A DNA stretch of 64,000 nt from Octopus vulgaris. Its lineage: Eukaryota. The notes beneath the pieces are model-generated. The model saw only the letters and a program-made list of their open reading frames with translations, was not told where the DNA came from and did not search any database. Where the stretch lies: assembly GCA_951406725.2 (NCBI GenBank), contig OX597819.1:113088001-113152000 (forward strand), written 5' to 3'. Made by a program: the position numbers and the translations under genes. The stretch's first letter is position 1. Each line of letters opens with the position of its first letter. Of the stretch, positions 42,112-54,766 are shown piece by piece.

Positions 42112-43555
42112 GGGGGGAAACTATAAACCAGACTAGTAACATCTCCATCAATGATTTTACTGTTTCCTCTGTATCTGACGAGGAATGTTACCGGTATCTA
42201 AGGGTGGAAGAAAATATATCTTACAATGGCGCCTGTAACAAAACACGTATCCTTAAAGAATATGGACCTCAGAACTTTCTGCATTCAATGAAACAGTGGC
42301 CCACAATGTGCTTGCAGTGCCAGTACTTATACCAACATTTGGGCTGCTTGATTGGACGCTTGATGAGATCTGAGCCATTGATGTGAAAACCCGAAAAATA
42401 CTAACAAGCACACATAATTTCCACATAAACAGTGATGTAGACCGCCTCTACCTAAAACGTAAACAAGGCGGCAGAGGCTTAACATGAATCCAAAATGCCT
42501 TTGAATGTCGCATCATATCTCTTCGGCAACATCTTTTAACCACCAAGTGTCGAAGTGCATCCCTTGATCAAGTTTGCATACATGAAGCTGATAATATCAT
42601 AAGACTTGGAAGGCAGCTCCTTGAGCAACACTCTTTGTCTGAAAACCTAGAATACATGCCCAAAGAAGTCACACGACTCTACTGCAACATATCATCAAAT
42701 AAAAGGATGAGCCTATATGAGCAGAAGACTATGCATGGATATGTTACTAGAATGCTCCGTGAGTATAGTATTATTGATCATCAAAGCAATTTATCATGGA
42801 CGAATAGCCGGATTACTACCTCCCACTTTGAAGGGTATGTGTTTGCAATCTAGGAACAGGAATTATCAACCAAATACCTGATGCAAAAAAAAAGGGATAG
42901 AGATGCGGGAAAAACTGTTAAATGTGACAACTGATGCAAATTTTGTAGAGTTCACATTGAAGATATCACCCACATCATAAGCAGTTGTCCGAAAATGTAA
43001 TCACGGTAATATCTACTGATGAGACATTACGTTGTAGCTGGGACCCTCTATAATGAAATCCATCGGAAGGATAATCCCAAGGACAAAGAAATAAAAACCC
43101 ACAATGTGGTAGAAGCCATAGCCACTCATAAAAAAAGGAATACTGGTGGTATGTACCAGTGAAGACCTCAATAAAATGTAAGCACAACAGATCTGATATA
43201 CTGATTTGAGATAGAAAAGAGAAACTGTGCACAGTTGTGGAAATTAGCTACCCAGCGGATGTTAACATAAAGCTGAAGATCAATGAAAAAGAGAATACTT
43301 CTGTTGAACTATTGAGAAATCTGCAGTTACTCTATCCAGATTACAAGTTCGGGTTTATACCTGTAAATATTGGGGCGCTGGGATATGTAACACACTGCCT
43401 AAATACCAATCTTGAGAAATTAGGTTTCTCAAAACCAGAAAGGAGAAAGCTAATTCGAAGACTACAGATCCAATCCATCTGTAAAAATCTGTAAAACTTT
43501 CCAGAAGTTTATCATTTAAATATATATGAGCATGTCTAGATATGCAACTATATAC
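42112..43555 (+). mobile_element. R4/Dong-like RLE LINE, second family, 5'-truncated
   Basis: YRYL (RT7), RLYLKRKQGGRGL, MHG, zinc knuckle CKFC..HIISSC, endonuclease NRSDI..VEIS, IGALG; many stops; preceded by (TACA)n. Confidence 0.88.
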
Positions 43556-44662
43556 TGCATTAATATTTCTTGCACTCTCAGTTGTGTTGTCGTCTTTATT
43601 GAACTAATAAAGCAAAATATGTCGAATTTGCTCCTTTGTCATTACCATTATAGCTTTGAAAAAATAACTGTTAAAATCGAAAATTACTTCCTACTTTCAT
43701 AGCAAGCTGATGCAAGTAGTTTATCCCATCCCCTTCCGACTTTTAGTTCATGCAATTTGAAAAAAAAAAAAAGGCATTATTTATGGGATGACCCAATGTT
43801 TTATCCACCCTCCAACACTATATCCACCCAGGCCAACACCATAACTATTACTGCCATCGCTAACACTATTAACACAATCACTGCCAACACCGTCCCTCTC
43901 ACCACCACCACTACCATCAACACAATTAGCATCACGATTTTTCCCAACCTACATTATCCCTTTGATTCAGCTGGATTATCCAAATCATTTTGAGGGCTTG
44001 ATTTGTAACCTGGTGTAATTAAATGATAAGGTGAAAATGAATTACAGCAGCAAGTGCTGCGATAATACACACACACACACATACACATACACACTGTATA
44101 TATATATATATATATATATATATGCATATATGTGTAAGTGTGATATAAATGTAGGTAGGTACTTATGTATTTGTGTATATGTAGGCATATGTGTGTGTGT
44201 GCACACACACACACACACACAACACATGTATGTATATGTGTGTATATACGTGTATACCTTTATGCATACATGTAATTATGTGTATGTGTGTAAATAGGAA
44301 ACAGATTTCCTTTCAAATGCGTTATGTTAAAGACACGACAACGTCCCAATTTAATCTTTTAATCAGGGAGTTCTCATATATCCCCTATTAGATATTTACG
44401 CTTAATTTGGAAGAATAATGTTCCCAAATCTATTAGCCCATTAACGTATCAAGACATTCCCGGTTTCATGATCAAAGTAACGTGATAGTAATAATATGAT
44501 ATTATTTGCGCGCTTTGCATTGCATCACAAACGATCATGGGAATGTTGGTATAACTGATAAAATCGTCAACGTCAGATTTAAAAACATTTCTGTTGGCCT
44601 GCATAATGAAATCCCCTTCAGTAGTCCACAAGGTAATATATACTCACAATGGAAAGCAGTGG

Positions 44663-45313
44663 GGATCTTTTCCTTTTGAACGGCAGATGTCAACACAATT
44701 TCTAGTTAACTAAACACTTTTAAACTTCGTATACTGGTAGAATGCATTTATAAAACATCATTTTCTCTTGGTTTTATTGAGAAAATTCTATAGTTTGTAA
44801 GATATTTCGTCCGAAAATCCGAGCATTTCGGCAATTTTAACCAATCGATTACCTCCATTCAACTAAAATCATTTGCTGCGTCTAAAACTGAGACAACATC
44901 GTGTAACTAACCCTAAACCTTCCCCCTAACCCTAACCCTAACCCTATTTTTTTTTTCTTAATTGTTAAATTAATTTAATTCCATTGCTTTAGTTTTTTAC
45001 ACGCGTAACAATTAAATTAATTTAACAATTAAGAAAAAAACAATTTAGGGTTAGGGTTAGGGTTAGGGGGGAGGTTTAGGGTTAGTTACAGGATGTTGTC
45101 TCGGTTTTAGACGCAGCAAATGATTTTAGCTCAAAAGAGAGCATAGGATTGGTTAAAATTCGAAAAATTAAACTACGTTAAACAAACAAATTACAATTTT
45201 CTCAAGAAAGCCAAGAGAAAAAAATGTTTTATTTTGACACATTCTACCAGTATACGAAGTTTTAAAGTGTTTAGTTAACTAGAAATTGTCTGCCGTTCAA
45301 AAGGAAAAGATCC
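44663..45313. mobile_element. GGATC foldback transposon, fully palindromic, with telomeric repeats
   Basis: 8-bp TSD AGCAGTGG at 44655-44662 and 45314-45321; (CCCTAA)n 44908-44946 and (TTAGGG)n 45044-45085. Confidence 0.93.
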
Positions 45314-45584
45314 AGCAGTGGATATGTTTTCCCACTTGGGTCCACATTCACCACATTGTACATGGAAAACTTTATGATCCCAAATATTAACATATTATGT
45401 ACACTTTTTTTTTATCGATACTGAAAGGACGAAAGGGCAAAATTGTCCACGGCTGGATTTGAACTTAGAGCACAACGAGTAACTCTAGCCAAGACTCAAT
45501 CGATTTCACTAATTAACCACCCAAATCGATTGAATCAAGCAACTCCAATAGATTCTTGATATTGATAAATCCGAATAATCTCTT

Positions 45585-46000
45585 CTACTCTTTTACTTGT
45601 TTCAGTCATTTGACTTTGGCCATGTTGGAGCACTGCCTTTAGTCGAGCGAATCGACCCCAGGGCTTATTCTTTGTAAGCCTAGTACTTATTCTATCGGTC
45701 TCTTTTGCCGAACCACTAAGTAACGGGGATGTAAACACACCAGCACCGGTTGTTAAGCGATGTTGGTGGGGGGGGGGGGGGCAAACACAGGCACACAAAC
45801 ACACACACACACACACACACACACTTATATATATATATATACATATACATATACATATATACGACGGGCTTCTTTCAGTTTCCGCCTATCAAATCCATTC
45901 ACAAGGTTGTGGTCGGCCCCAGGCTATAGTAGAAGACACTTTGCCCAAGGTGCCACGCAGTGGGACTGAACCCGGAACCATGTGGTTGGTAGGCAAGCTA
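45585..46000 (-). mobile_element. SINE family A
   Basis: Near full length; further partial copies at 46005-46160 and 46320-46400. Confidence 0.9.
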
Positions 46001-46462
46001 TATTTTTTATCTTCTCTTTGTTTCAATCATTGAACTACAGTCATGCTAGAGCACCGCATTGAAAGGTTTAGTCGGATAAATTGACCCCAGTACTAAATTT
46101 TTTAAACTCGGGTACTTACTCTATCAGCGCTCTTTTTCCCAAACCGCTAAGTAATGGATTTACAAATTTAACTGGTGATGGACTTTGATTTGGATTACTT
46201 GGAGTGCAAGACTGGTCACATGACTTTTTAGTTAGCCTCGTGCATCTTCATCTACAGAGAATTTAAGAAGTATTTCACCTGGATTACTAACACCTTATTA
46301 ACCTCTCTTTACTTACACACACACAGACACACACTACGGGCTTTCACACTATTTCCGTCAGCCAAATTCATTCACAAGGCACCAGTCGGTCCCGAGCGAT
46401 CAAAGATGCTGCGTATTTCTGCTAGCTGTGATGAATTGTATCTAAACATGACACATATTTAG

Positions 46463-46682
46463 CCCTTTAATATTCAGATTAATCTGTCAATTGTAAAGCC
46501 TGTTTAATTACATTGTTTTAAATTAATTGTACAGCATCTTGTAACTCTGAGATTTTGATGATGTCCCTGTTTATTTTTAGAATGACTTTGTAGGGTAGGT
46601 GTGAGAGGTCAGAGCTGGCTGGTTTGAGCATAAAACAGGGAGACAATTTTGGCCTGATATGGCCGGTTTAAACACTAAAGGG
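46463..46682. mobile_element. piggyBac-like MITE
   Basis: CCCTTTA...TAAAGGG termini flanked by TTAG/TTAG (TTAA-like). Confidence 0.6.
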
Positions 46683-47124
46683 TTAGAGTTGGTTTTACTT
46701 GAAGCATTCAAGTTAAATGTAGAAACCACGACAGAAAATGGAACTCTAGATCCTCCGGCTTTTGTACTGTTTTATTGCCTATCGGCTCCGTCAGCTGCGT
46801 TTCTCCGAGTCCACAGGCCTTTGTATGTATTGTATCATCTGGTACAATACATACAAAAGAAGACGTACAGCAGGGAGTCGCGTATCAACTGAGGCCTGTC
46901 GAGGTTAGCCCCGTTATATCAACATTCCTGCTTCAGTCATGATAACTTAACCGTCATTAGTGTAATTCCGATGGAAGATAACTTAATTCGAACCAAAAGC
47001 GTGTGTCTATTGGGATAGATTCATGAATATATTTATGAATTTATGTGTGTGTGTGCGTGTATATATGTGTATACATACATACATACATACATACATGCAT
47101 ACATACATACATACATATACATAC

Positions 47125-47177
<53 letters not shown>

Positions 47178-47255
47178 CATACATACATATATACATACAT
47201 ACATACATACATTCATACATACATACATACATACATACATACATACATACATACA

Positions 47256-47287
<32 letters not shown>

Positions 47288-47288
47288 C

Positions 47289-47429
47289 AGGTATGGCTGT
47301 GGGGTAAGGAGCTTGCTTCCCAGCCACATGTTTCCGGGTTCAGTCCCACTGCATGACACCTTGTGCAGGTGTCTTCTACTATAGCCTTGTGAGCGGATTT
47401 TGTACACGTAAACTGAAAGAAGCCCATCG

Positions 47430-47495
<66 letters not shown>

Positions 47496-47700
47496 TATGT
47501 TTGTGTGTCTGTGTTTGTCCTACCACCACCATCGCTTGACAACCGATGTTAGTGTGTTTGCATCCCTGTAACTTAGCGATTCAGCAAAAGACACCGATAG
47601 AATAAGAACTAGGCTTACAAAGAATAAGTCCTGGGGTCGATTTGTTCGACTAAAGGTGGTGCACTCCAGCATGGGCGCATTCAAATGACTGAAACAAAAA
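47289..47700 (+). mobile_element. SINE family A
   Basis: Head, (TA)n and tail. Confidence 0.87.
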
Positions 47701-47741
47701 AACAATAAGACAATAAACGAAAAGAATACACACACATGCAC

Positions 47742-47802
<61 letters not shown>

Positions 47803-47927
47803 AAGAGAGAGAGAGAGAGAGAGAGGGGGGTTAGAAAGAGAGAAATGAATACATTGATATTTAGATTTGCATAGATTTCTGTGAATAGGTGTATATAGAT
47901 GTACCTATTAACACAAACAGACACATA

Positions 47928-47984
<57 letters not shown>

Positions 47985-48474
47985 CTTATACACACACACA
48001 ATTAAGCTGCGCAAAGATAATTCTATAGCCCCTATTGAGAATGATTGATGAGGGACAACAAAACAACCGCAGGGGTTGATACATAGAAAATAAATTTATA
48101 AATAAACAACCAAAATAAATGCTAAGTGGTATGTGGGTAATTGGGTGGGGTTTACCTTCATTTACCGTGGGGAACTTGTACCTGTTCTCCTTAGAAGACC
48201 AGTTAGGCGTACAGAGATGTTTCAATCTGAGATTGTATTTCTATACACCACCTAATGAATATTTTGAGTTTTATGTGTTATCTTCATTTTTAATTATCTG
48301 AGTTTTTTTTCCTTTTCCTTTAAGGAAAGAGCGGCTTTTAACAAGGGAGCAATGCTCTATCGGTGGAATTTAGGTAATAAAACTTCAAAAAACTCTTGCA
48401 TATTTTATTGTTCCTATACCTGTTTTCGTCTTTTGTTTTACTATAAATTTGAATACAATTCTATATTTACGAGA

Positions 48475-48710
48475 TGAGGAATTATGAACATTATTTACAT
48501 TATTTATATTCGATGGATATTTGTCCCCATTTTGTTTGTTGTTAACACAAAGTTTCGGCTGATATACCTTCTAGCCTTCTCCATGTTTGAAATTTCCCCA
48601 AGACACCTGAAGAAGGTTGGAGGGTATATCAGCCCAAACGTTGTGTTAACAACAAACAATTTGAGGACAAATATCCGTCGAATGTAAATAATGTAAATAA
48701 TGTATATAAA
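48475..48710. mobile_element. Foldback element with hammerhead motif in each arm
   Basis: About 100-bp inverted arms; GACAC-CTGAAGA-A-GGTTG..CAGCC-(C)AAA-CG-TT-GTGTT at 48602-48647; homologous to 62552-62873. Confidence 0.75.
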
Positions 48711-48964
48711 TTTGAACTATATATATATATAGTATTCAAAGGAATTCCAACTCTGTCTGTTTTTTATGTTTTATTCATATTCTTTATAATATTAATGTAG
48801 GATATAGAATATATAGTATAAATAGTATATATAGTAAAATGAAATGAAGTATTGATTGTCTTATTGAATAGATGAAATATTGAATATCAAATATTAAGGG
48901 ACTAGTATACCTTCTTGCATTAAAGCAGTCTTCAAGGTCCCAGGTTGTGACAGGAATGTTTCAA

Positions 48965-49029
<65 letters not shown>

Positions 49030-49098
49030 GGTCCCGGGTTGAGTCGGGGTTAACCACAGTAAATAAGGTACTCAATACACAGCAGAGTAAATTAATTT

Positions 49099-49215
49099 AT
49101 TTTATAGAAGGAGCTTTACAGGACTAGAACTGTTTCATTCAAATGAAATCATCAGGAAGCTTGCTGATGATTTCATTTGAATGAAACAGTTCTAGTCCTG
49201 TAGAAGCTCCTTCAT

Positions 49216-49220
<5 letters not shown>
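49099..49220. ncRNA. Two head-to-head type I hammerhead ribozyme motifs in a palindrome
   Basis: Both strands read CTGATGA-tTTCatttGAAt-GAAA-CAG-ttctagtc-CTG-TA, with stem I AGCTT/AAGCT; inversion centre AAGCTT near 49160. Confidence 0.65.
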
Positions 49221-49266
<46 letters not shown>

Positions 49267-49271
<5 letters not shown>

Positions 49272-49463
49272 ATCCAAACAAGAAAACACAAAAAAACACA
49301 CAAAAAAACACAACAACGCGAGGACGTGGAACAAATAAAGTATTATTGGACGCTCGGGAAAAAAGAGAAGAAGGGGGGTTTAACGTTTCGAGCGGAACTC
49401 TTCTTCGGAAACATAGGAGAAGGGAAGACAGAGGAAAAAAAATCGCCAGCGGTACTCACGAGG

Positions 49464-49468
<5 letters not shown>
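49267..49468 (-). mobile_element. Penelope-like 3' tail with minimal hammerhead motif
   Basis: GTTT-CCGAAGA-A-GAG ttccg CTC-GAAA-CG-TT-AAAC at 49378-49412(-); lies between TA/CA arrays. Confidence 0.6.
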
Positions 49469-49544
<76 letters not shown>

Positions 49545-50017
49545 CATATCAGGCTCTCTTGTATTTACACTTAGCAGAAGCTTTAATTGGAATGTTTCTC
49601 CAATATTTCTTCTCATGATATGAATTCAATAACAAGAGTATTCTGTATGTCTATCCCGTCTTACATTTACGGATGGCATTGAATATTGTTTTATCAACAA
49701 CATCATACCACATTGGAAGGTAGTACCTCATTGACATATTTGTGGCAGCTGCTTATCATACTTGTAATATCTTCCACAGAAAAATGTCAGTTTAGATTTT
49801 CGATTACATTTAAGGGGTATAAGGAAGGCCACTGTTTCTGATGTTCTTTAAGTATTTCGGAGATATCTTCAGTTCTTGGATATGAAAAGAATAAACTTCA
49901 AACTGTGACACGGTATAACAAACATGAGTTTAAAACAGGCAACGTTTTATGTTAATGTAAGCATCAGCCTCAAGTTTACGAGAGATAAACCTATGGATAA
50001 ACTATTTCTTTTATATA

Positions 50018-50172
50018 CGCTGGCGTGGTTGAGTGGTAAGAAGTTTGCTTCCCAACCACATGGTTTCGGGTTCAAAGTGTTTTCTACTGTAGCCGTGGGC
50101 CGACCAGAGCCGGGTGAATGGATTTGGTAGACGGAAGCTAAAAGAAGTCCGTCGTCTATATGTCTGAGTGTA

Positions 50173-50270
<98 letters not shown>

Positions 50271-50520
50271 TGTCTGTCTCTCTGTCTGTGTCTGTGTCTT
50301 TGAATATATGTTTGTCCACCACCACCGCTTGACAGCCGGTGTCGGTTTGTTTACGTCACCGTAACTTAACGGTTCGGCAAAGAGTCCGATAGAATAAGTA
50401 CCAGCCTTTCAAAACTAAAATAAAGAAGTACTGGGGTCGATTCATTCGACTAAAAGAGTCTTCAAGGTGGTGCCCCAGCATGGCCGCAGTCTAATGACTA
50501 AAACAAGTAAAATAGGTAAA
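50018..50520 (+). mobile_element. SINE family A (older variant)
   Basis: Head, (TG)n and tail. Confidence 0.85.
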
Positions 50521-50578
50521 AGAAAAACGATAAAAAGTAAGTGATCCTGTTCCGAGTCTTTGATGAAGTACTCTAGTC

Positions 50579-50965
50579 CAGTGTTCCGCAACCAGTACGC
50601 TGCGGCACACTGGTGTGTCACGAGACGATGCTAAGTGTGCCGCAGTGTAACCTGAATATAATTTTTTTCCCTATACTTTGAGTTATATTTTTAGTTCAGG
50701 TGTGCCGCCGAATTGACTCTGGAAGGATGACCCTTAAAGTTGATCTCAGAGTGATTTGAACTCAGAATGCACATAACCAAAATAAATATTAGTTTTGTAT
50801 TGTTATTAAACATATTTATAATAACATATATTGGTGTAGGCGCGTGGGCTAGTGTGCTGCCCTAACGATCTCTAGATCGTAGGTTCGATATCGAGCGATG
50901 AGTTTTGTTCTTGAGCAAAAAAGAATGTAAGTGTACCGCAAGAGAAAGAAGGTTGTAGAGCACTG
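50579..50965. mobile_element. hAT (Charlie/Buster-type) MITE with captured insert
   Basis: CAGTG..CACTG termini, perfect 8-bp TSD CTCTAGTC (nnnTAnnn), repeated GTGTGCCGC. Confidence 0.9.
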
Positions 50966-51339
50966 CTCTAGTCCAACCATTTTAGATTTGTGTGTGTATG
51001 TATGTATAAAAATGGAATTATACCAGTATTAAGTGTATCTTGTGTGTGTATGTGTTTCTGTGTAATCTTATAAAATTATGTAAATTCAAGGCCTTGTTAC
51101 TGAATTTTGTATTCCCATAGTAATACAGTAAGGGAATTACGGGGGCGTTGATATTAAAGAATTACCGTGTGCCTGTTTTGTGATGGAAATATTGAAGGGC
51201 AACACAGCGCAATTGAGAACGGTATTGAGGATGCATTTTGTTGCTCTTCCTTTATAACAACACTTGTATGTCTAATAATTGCTGTTTTGACAGGATCTAT
51301 GTCAAAAGTATTGATGGCTATATATATGTTTATTACCAC

Positions 51340-51568
51340 GTAATCGGCCACAATGCACTTTGCATCGTTTTAGCTTTCAGACGCTAGTAACGCGAGTAGA
51401 CCAACACTTCCGCTGGTTGCTCATTTACAGGTGCGTAGGCTGGAGCAATGTGAAAGGAAGCGCCTTGCTCAAGAACAAGAACAAAACGCGTCGCTCGATC
51501 TGGATATCGAACCCACGATCTAGAGATCATGACGGCAGCACCCTAACCACTAGCCCACGTGCCTTCAC
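51340..51568 (-). mobile_element. SINE family D head with tail T2
   Basis: Tail similar to 52780-52850. Confidence 0.7.
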
Positions 51569-51629
51569 CCATATATGCTATTATAAATATGCTTAATAAC
51601 AATACAAAACCAATATTTATTTTGGTTAC

Positions 51630-52263
51630 GTGCATTCTGAGTTCAAATCACTCTGAGGTCAACTTTGTGGGTCATCCTTCCAGAGTCAATAACATAAAAT
51701 AAAATGGGGCTGATTTAAATGACCAACCCCTGACACCAGATTTTAGACTTTGTATCTATATAAGAAATTATTATTATTAAACGTGGTGGATTGGTAAAAC
51801 CGATAAAGCATCTGCTTTTTACCCTTTCGTGGGTCGATAAAATAGCGTGCCTGCTAAATATTGGGGTTGATATGATCGATTTTTTTCATCTTCCAAAATC
51901 TGTGGCTTCGTGCCTATGTAAGAAATCCCTATTTCCGATTCTTTACGTTCTTTATGATCCAACCTAGGTCAACTTTAACTTTTAAGTACCTGTTTAGCAA
52001 GCACTAAGTACCTGTTGAACGCTGCAATCGAAGGTGACGAGCTGGCGGACTCATTAACACAAAGGACAAAATGCTTAGCGACATTTCGTACGTCTTTACG
52101 ATCTGTGTTCAAATGCCGCTGGGGTCGACTTTGCCTTTCATCCTTTCGGGGTTGATTAAATAAGTAACAGTTGAGTCGATGAAATCAACAACCCCGCTCC
52201 TCCAAACATCAGGCCTTGTGCCTATAGCAACAAGGATTATTATTATTATTATTATTATTATTA

Positions 52264-52312
<49 letters not shown>

Positions 52313-52630
52313 AAAAAATGGCGGTGAGCTTGCAGAATCGTTAGTACGCCGGGCAAAATGTTTAGCAGTATTTCATCCGACTTCACGTTCGGAGTTCAAA
52401 TTCCGCCGAGGTCGGCTTTCATCCTTTCGGGGTCGATAAATTAAATAATGTAATCGACTTAACCCATCCTCCGAATTTTAGATCTTGTGCCTATAGTAGA
52501 AAGGATTATTATTATTATTAAAAATGAGGATTGGGTAGCTGAAACAATAAACATCACACAAAATGCCTTGTGGTATTTAGTTACGTCCTTTTTTACATTA
52601 TGAGTGCAAATACCGCTCTGATTGAATTTT
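51630..52630 (+). mobile_element. Cluster of tandem degenerate SINE B (tail B2) copies
   Basis: Repeated core and CTTGTGCCTATAGTAGAAAGG(ATT)n tails; best copies at 52031-52240 and 52320-52520. Confidence 0.75.
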
Positions 52631-52729
52631 CCTTTAAGTCTTCTGTGCATCGATAATTCAAAGTAAAAGTCAGACATGGAAGTTGCATGAGAGTAACACG
52701 GAACCAGATTTATTTGTTTGTATATAATA

Positions 52730-53012
52730 TCACGTGATCACGTGACCGACCAGACCAACAGATGTTGTTGCACATCGCTGGTCACAATGCGTTCGCATTG
52801 TTTTAGCTTTCGAATGATGCCACCCCGCTGGCTAAGCGAGCAGGCCAACAGAAGAAAGAGTGAGAGAAAGAATGGTGAAAGAGTACAGCAAGGATCACCA
52901 CCCCCTGCCGGAGCCTCCTGGAGCTTTTAGGTGTTTTCGCTCAATAAACACTCACAACGCCAGGTCTGGGAATCGAAACCGCTGTCCTAACCACTGGGCC
53001 ATTGCGCCTTCA
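52730..53012 (-). mobile_element. SINE family C head with tail T2
   Basis: C head and body; tail ends in tandem TCACGTGA. Confidence 0.85.
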
Positions 53013-54067
53013 CGTATATAATATATCAACCCTATATTTGACTAGGATCTGTTTTATCTAACATTGGCAAGTGGCTTCAAATTTGAGGGAGGGTGCAATC
53101 AAATATATCAACCCCATATTTGACTAGGATCTGTTTCATCGACCCTCAGATTATACAAAGCAAAGGAGACCTCAAACAGATTTGAACACAAGTCGTAGAG
53201 GGACGTTGATTACAGTATAGTAGCCATAACGAAAATATGGTCGATTAAATATATTCTGGTATTTAACTAGAGCTGTTTTTACTGACTACGAAAGTATAAA
53301 AACAAAGGAGACCTCGGTGAGATTTGAACTAAAAACTGTCGCCACTAGCCTCTACCATCACTAATGTTCCGTCCGAATCGATGATGGTTTCACATCTTGG
53401 TACAAGGCCAGCAGTTTTGGGGGTGGGGTGGGGTTAGTTAGTCGATTAAATTGATTGCAGTACTCTACCAGTACTTATTCTATCTACCATGGAAGGGTGA
53501 AAGAGAGCCGACCACAGCGGTATTTGAACTCCGAACATAGAGAGCCGGAAAAATTAATGTTAAGTACTTTGCCCAACGTGATAATGATTCTACCAGCTGG
53601 CTTCTCTAATCTGGGTCGATAATAACTCATCACAAGAAGTTAGTCGTAAATATAAACTTTTTCTTCCTTTTCTTCTGTTGTTTACATGGGATACAATGTT
53701 GTTATTCATTACAGAAAAAACATTAAAATGCTTTTCTGTAATGCGAAAAAAAAAAAAACCTTCTCTGATCCTGGCCTGATTAAGCAATCTTGTTTATAAA
53801 TTTCTACGTAGAAATACGAAAGATGGTTATTTCCCACAAACATATATACGTATATAATCCTGTCACGAGCTACATGTGTAACGCTTTAACTGGGAAAAAG
53901 CAGGAGATATTATTAATGTTGAACATTGAAATAATTCTTGAAACAATTGACTAATAAAATATGGCACGAAATCGAAGACACAATCTACAATAGATGTGAT
54001 TTTTATTTTATTTGAAAGACAGTTTAAATTATGAATAAGTATCTGAAACTTATATATATATATATAT

Positions 54068-54292
54068 AGTGAGATTTTACGAATAAAAACAAAAGACGAA
54101 GACAGGTGGTGTACAAAACAAACAGATGCATTAGTATAACGCTCAGGAATAGAAAAAGTCTTTTAAGTTTCGAGCCTACGCTCTTCAACAGAAAGGAACA
54201 CAGAAAAAAAAAACAAGGAGAGCACAACAAGGCTAGAGCTTAAAAAAAAGGAGAGAAAAAATGTGTGTAGTGGCTAACGATCTATCATGTCG
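54068..54292 (-). mobile_element. Penelope-like 3' tail with variant hammerhead motif
   Basis: CTTT-CTGTTGA-A-GAGC gtag GCTC-GAAA-CT-TA-AAAG at 54160-54195(-); TA flanks. Confidence 0.55.
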
Positions 54293-54303
54293 ACATATAT
54301 ATA

Positions 54304-54487
54304 CTAGCAGTAAAATGATGGTAACTGGGGGAACTTTTCAAAATTTTCGCTGCGTTAGTTTTGAATTATGACATTGAGCTATGTGTGTGTCAAGTTTCAC
54401 CAGAATCGGTTGAAAGCCGTGGTCAGGGTGAGGGTACAACCAAACAGACACACAGAAACACACACAGACAAACTGCCGTTTATATAT

Positions 54488-54490
<3 letters not shown>
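54304..54490 (-). mobile_element. Non-autonomous Helitron
   Basis: Minus strand reads A|TCTATATATAAACGG...CTAG|T; 3' hairpin not evident. Confidence 0.65.
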
Positions 54491-54562
<72 letters not shown>

Positions 54563-54574
54563 CACTTGTGATTA

Positions 54575-54766
54575 GAATGTCCAGGAAAGAATCACAAGAC
54601 GGATTCTTCCGGTCGAGCCAATTGACAGGAGACCAAGGAACAGATCAAGGACGAGATATTTGGTCACGCTTGGAATCCAACCGAAAAATTTAATGACGGT
54701 TGTTTCTAATGGAACATATGGAGGGAGATGCCTGAGGATTCTACCGCCACGGCTCTCCCAGGAATA
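54575..54766 (+). mobile_element. RTE-like LINE 3' relic
   Basis: RMSQERITRRIL..RRPR..RLGI..LRILPPRLSQE*. Confidence 0.55.

Noticed and set aside
44908-45085. Telomere fusion site
   Set aside because: The runs are short, oriented CCCTAA then TTAGGG, and enclosed in a TSD-bounded palindromic transposon.
53021-53137. 35-bp direct repeat
   Set aside because: Lies within tandem decayed SINE B fragments; ordinary.
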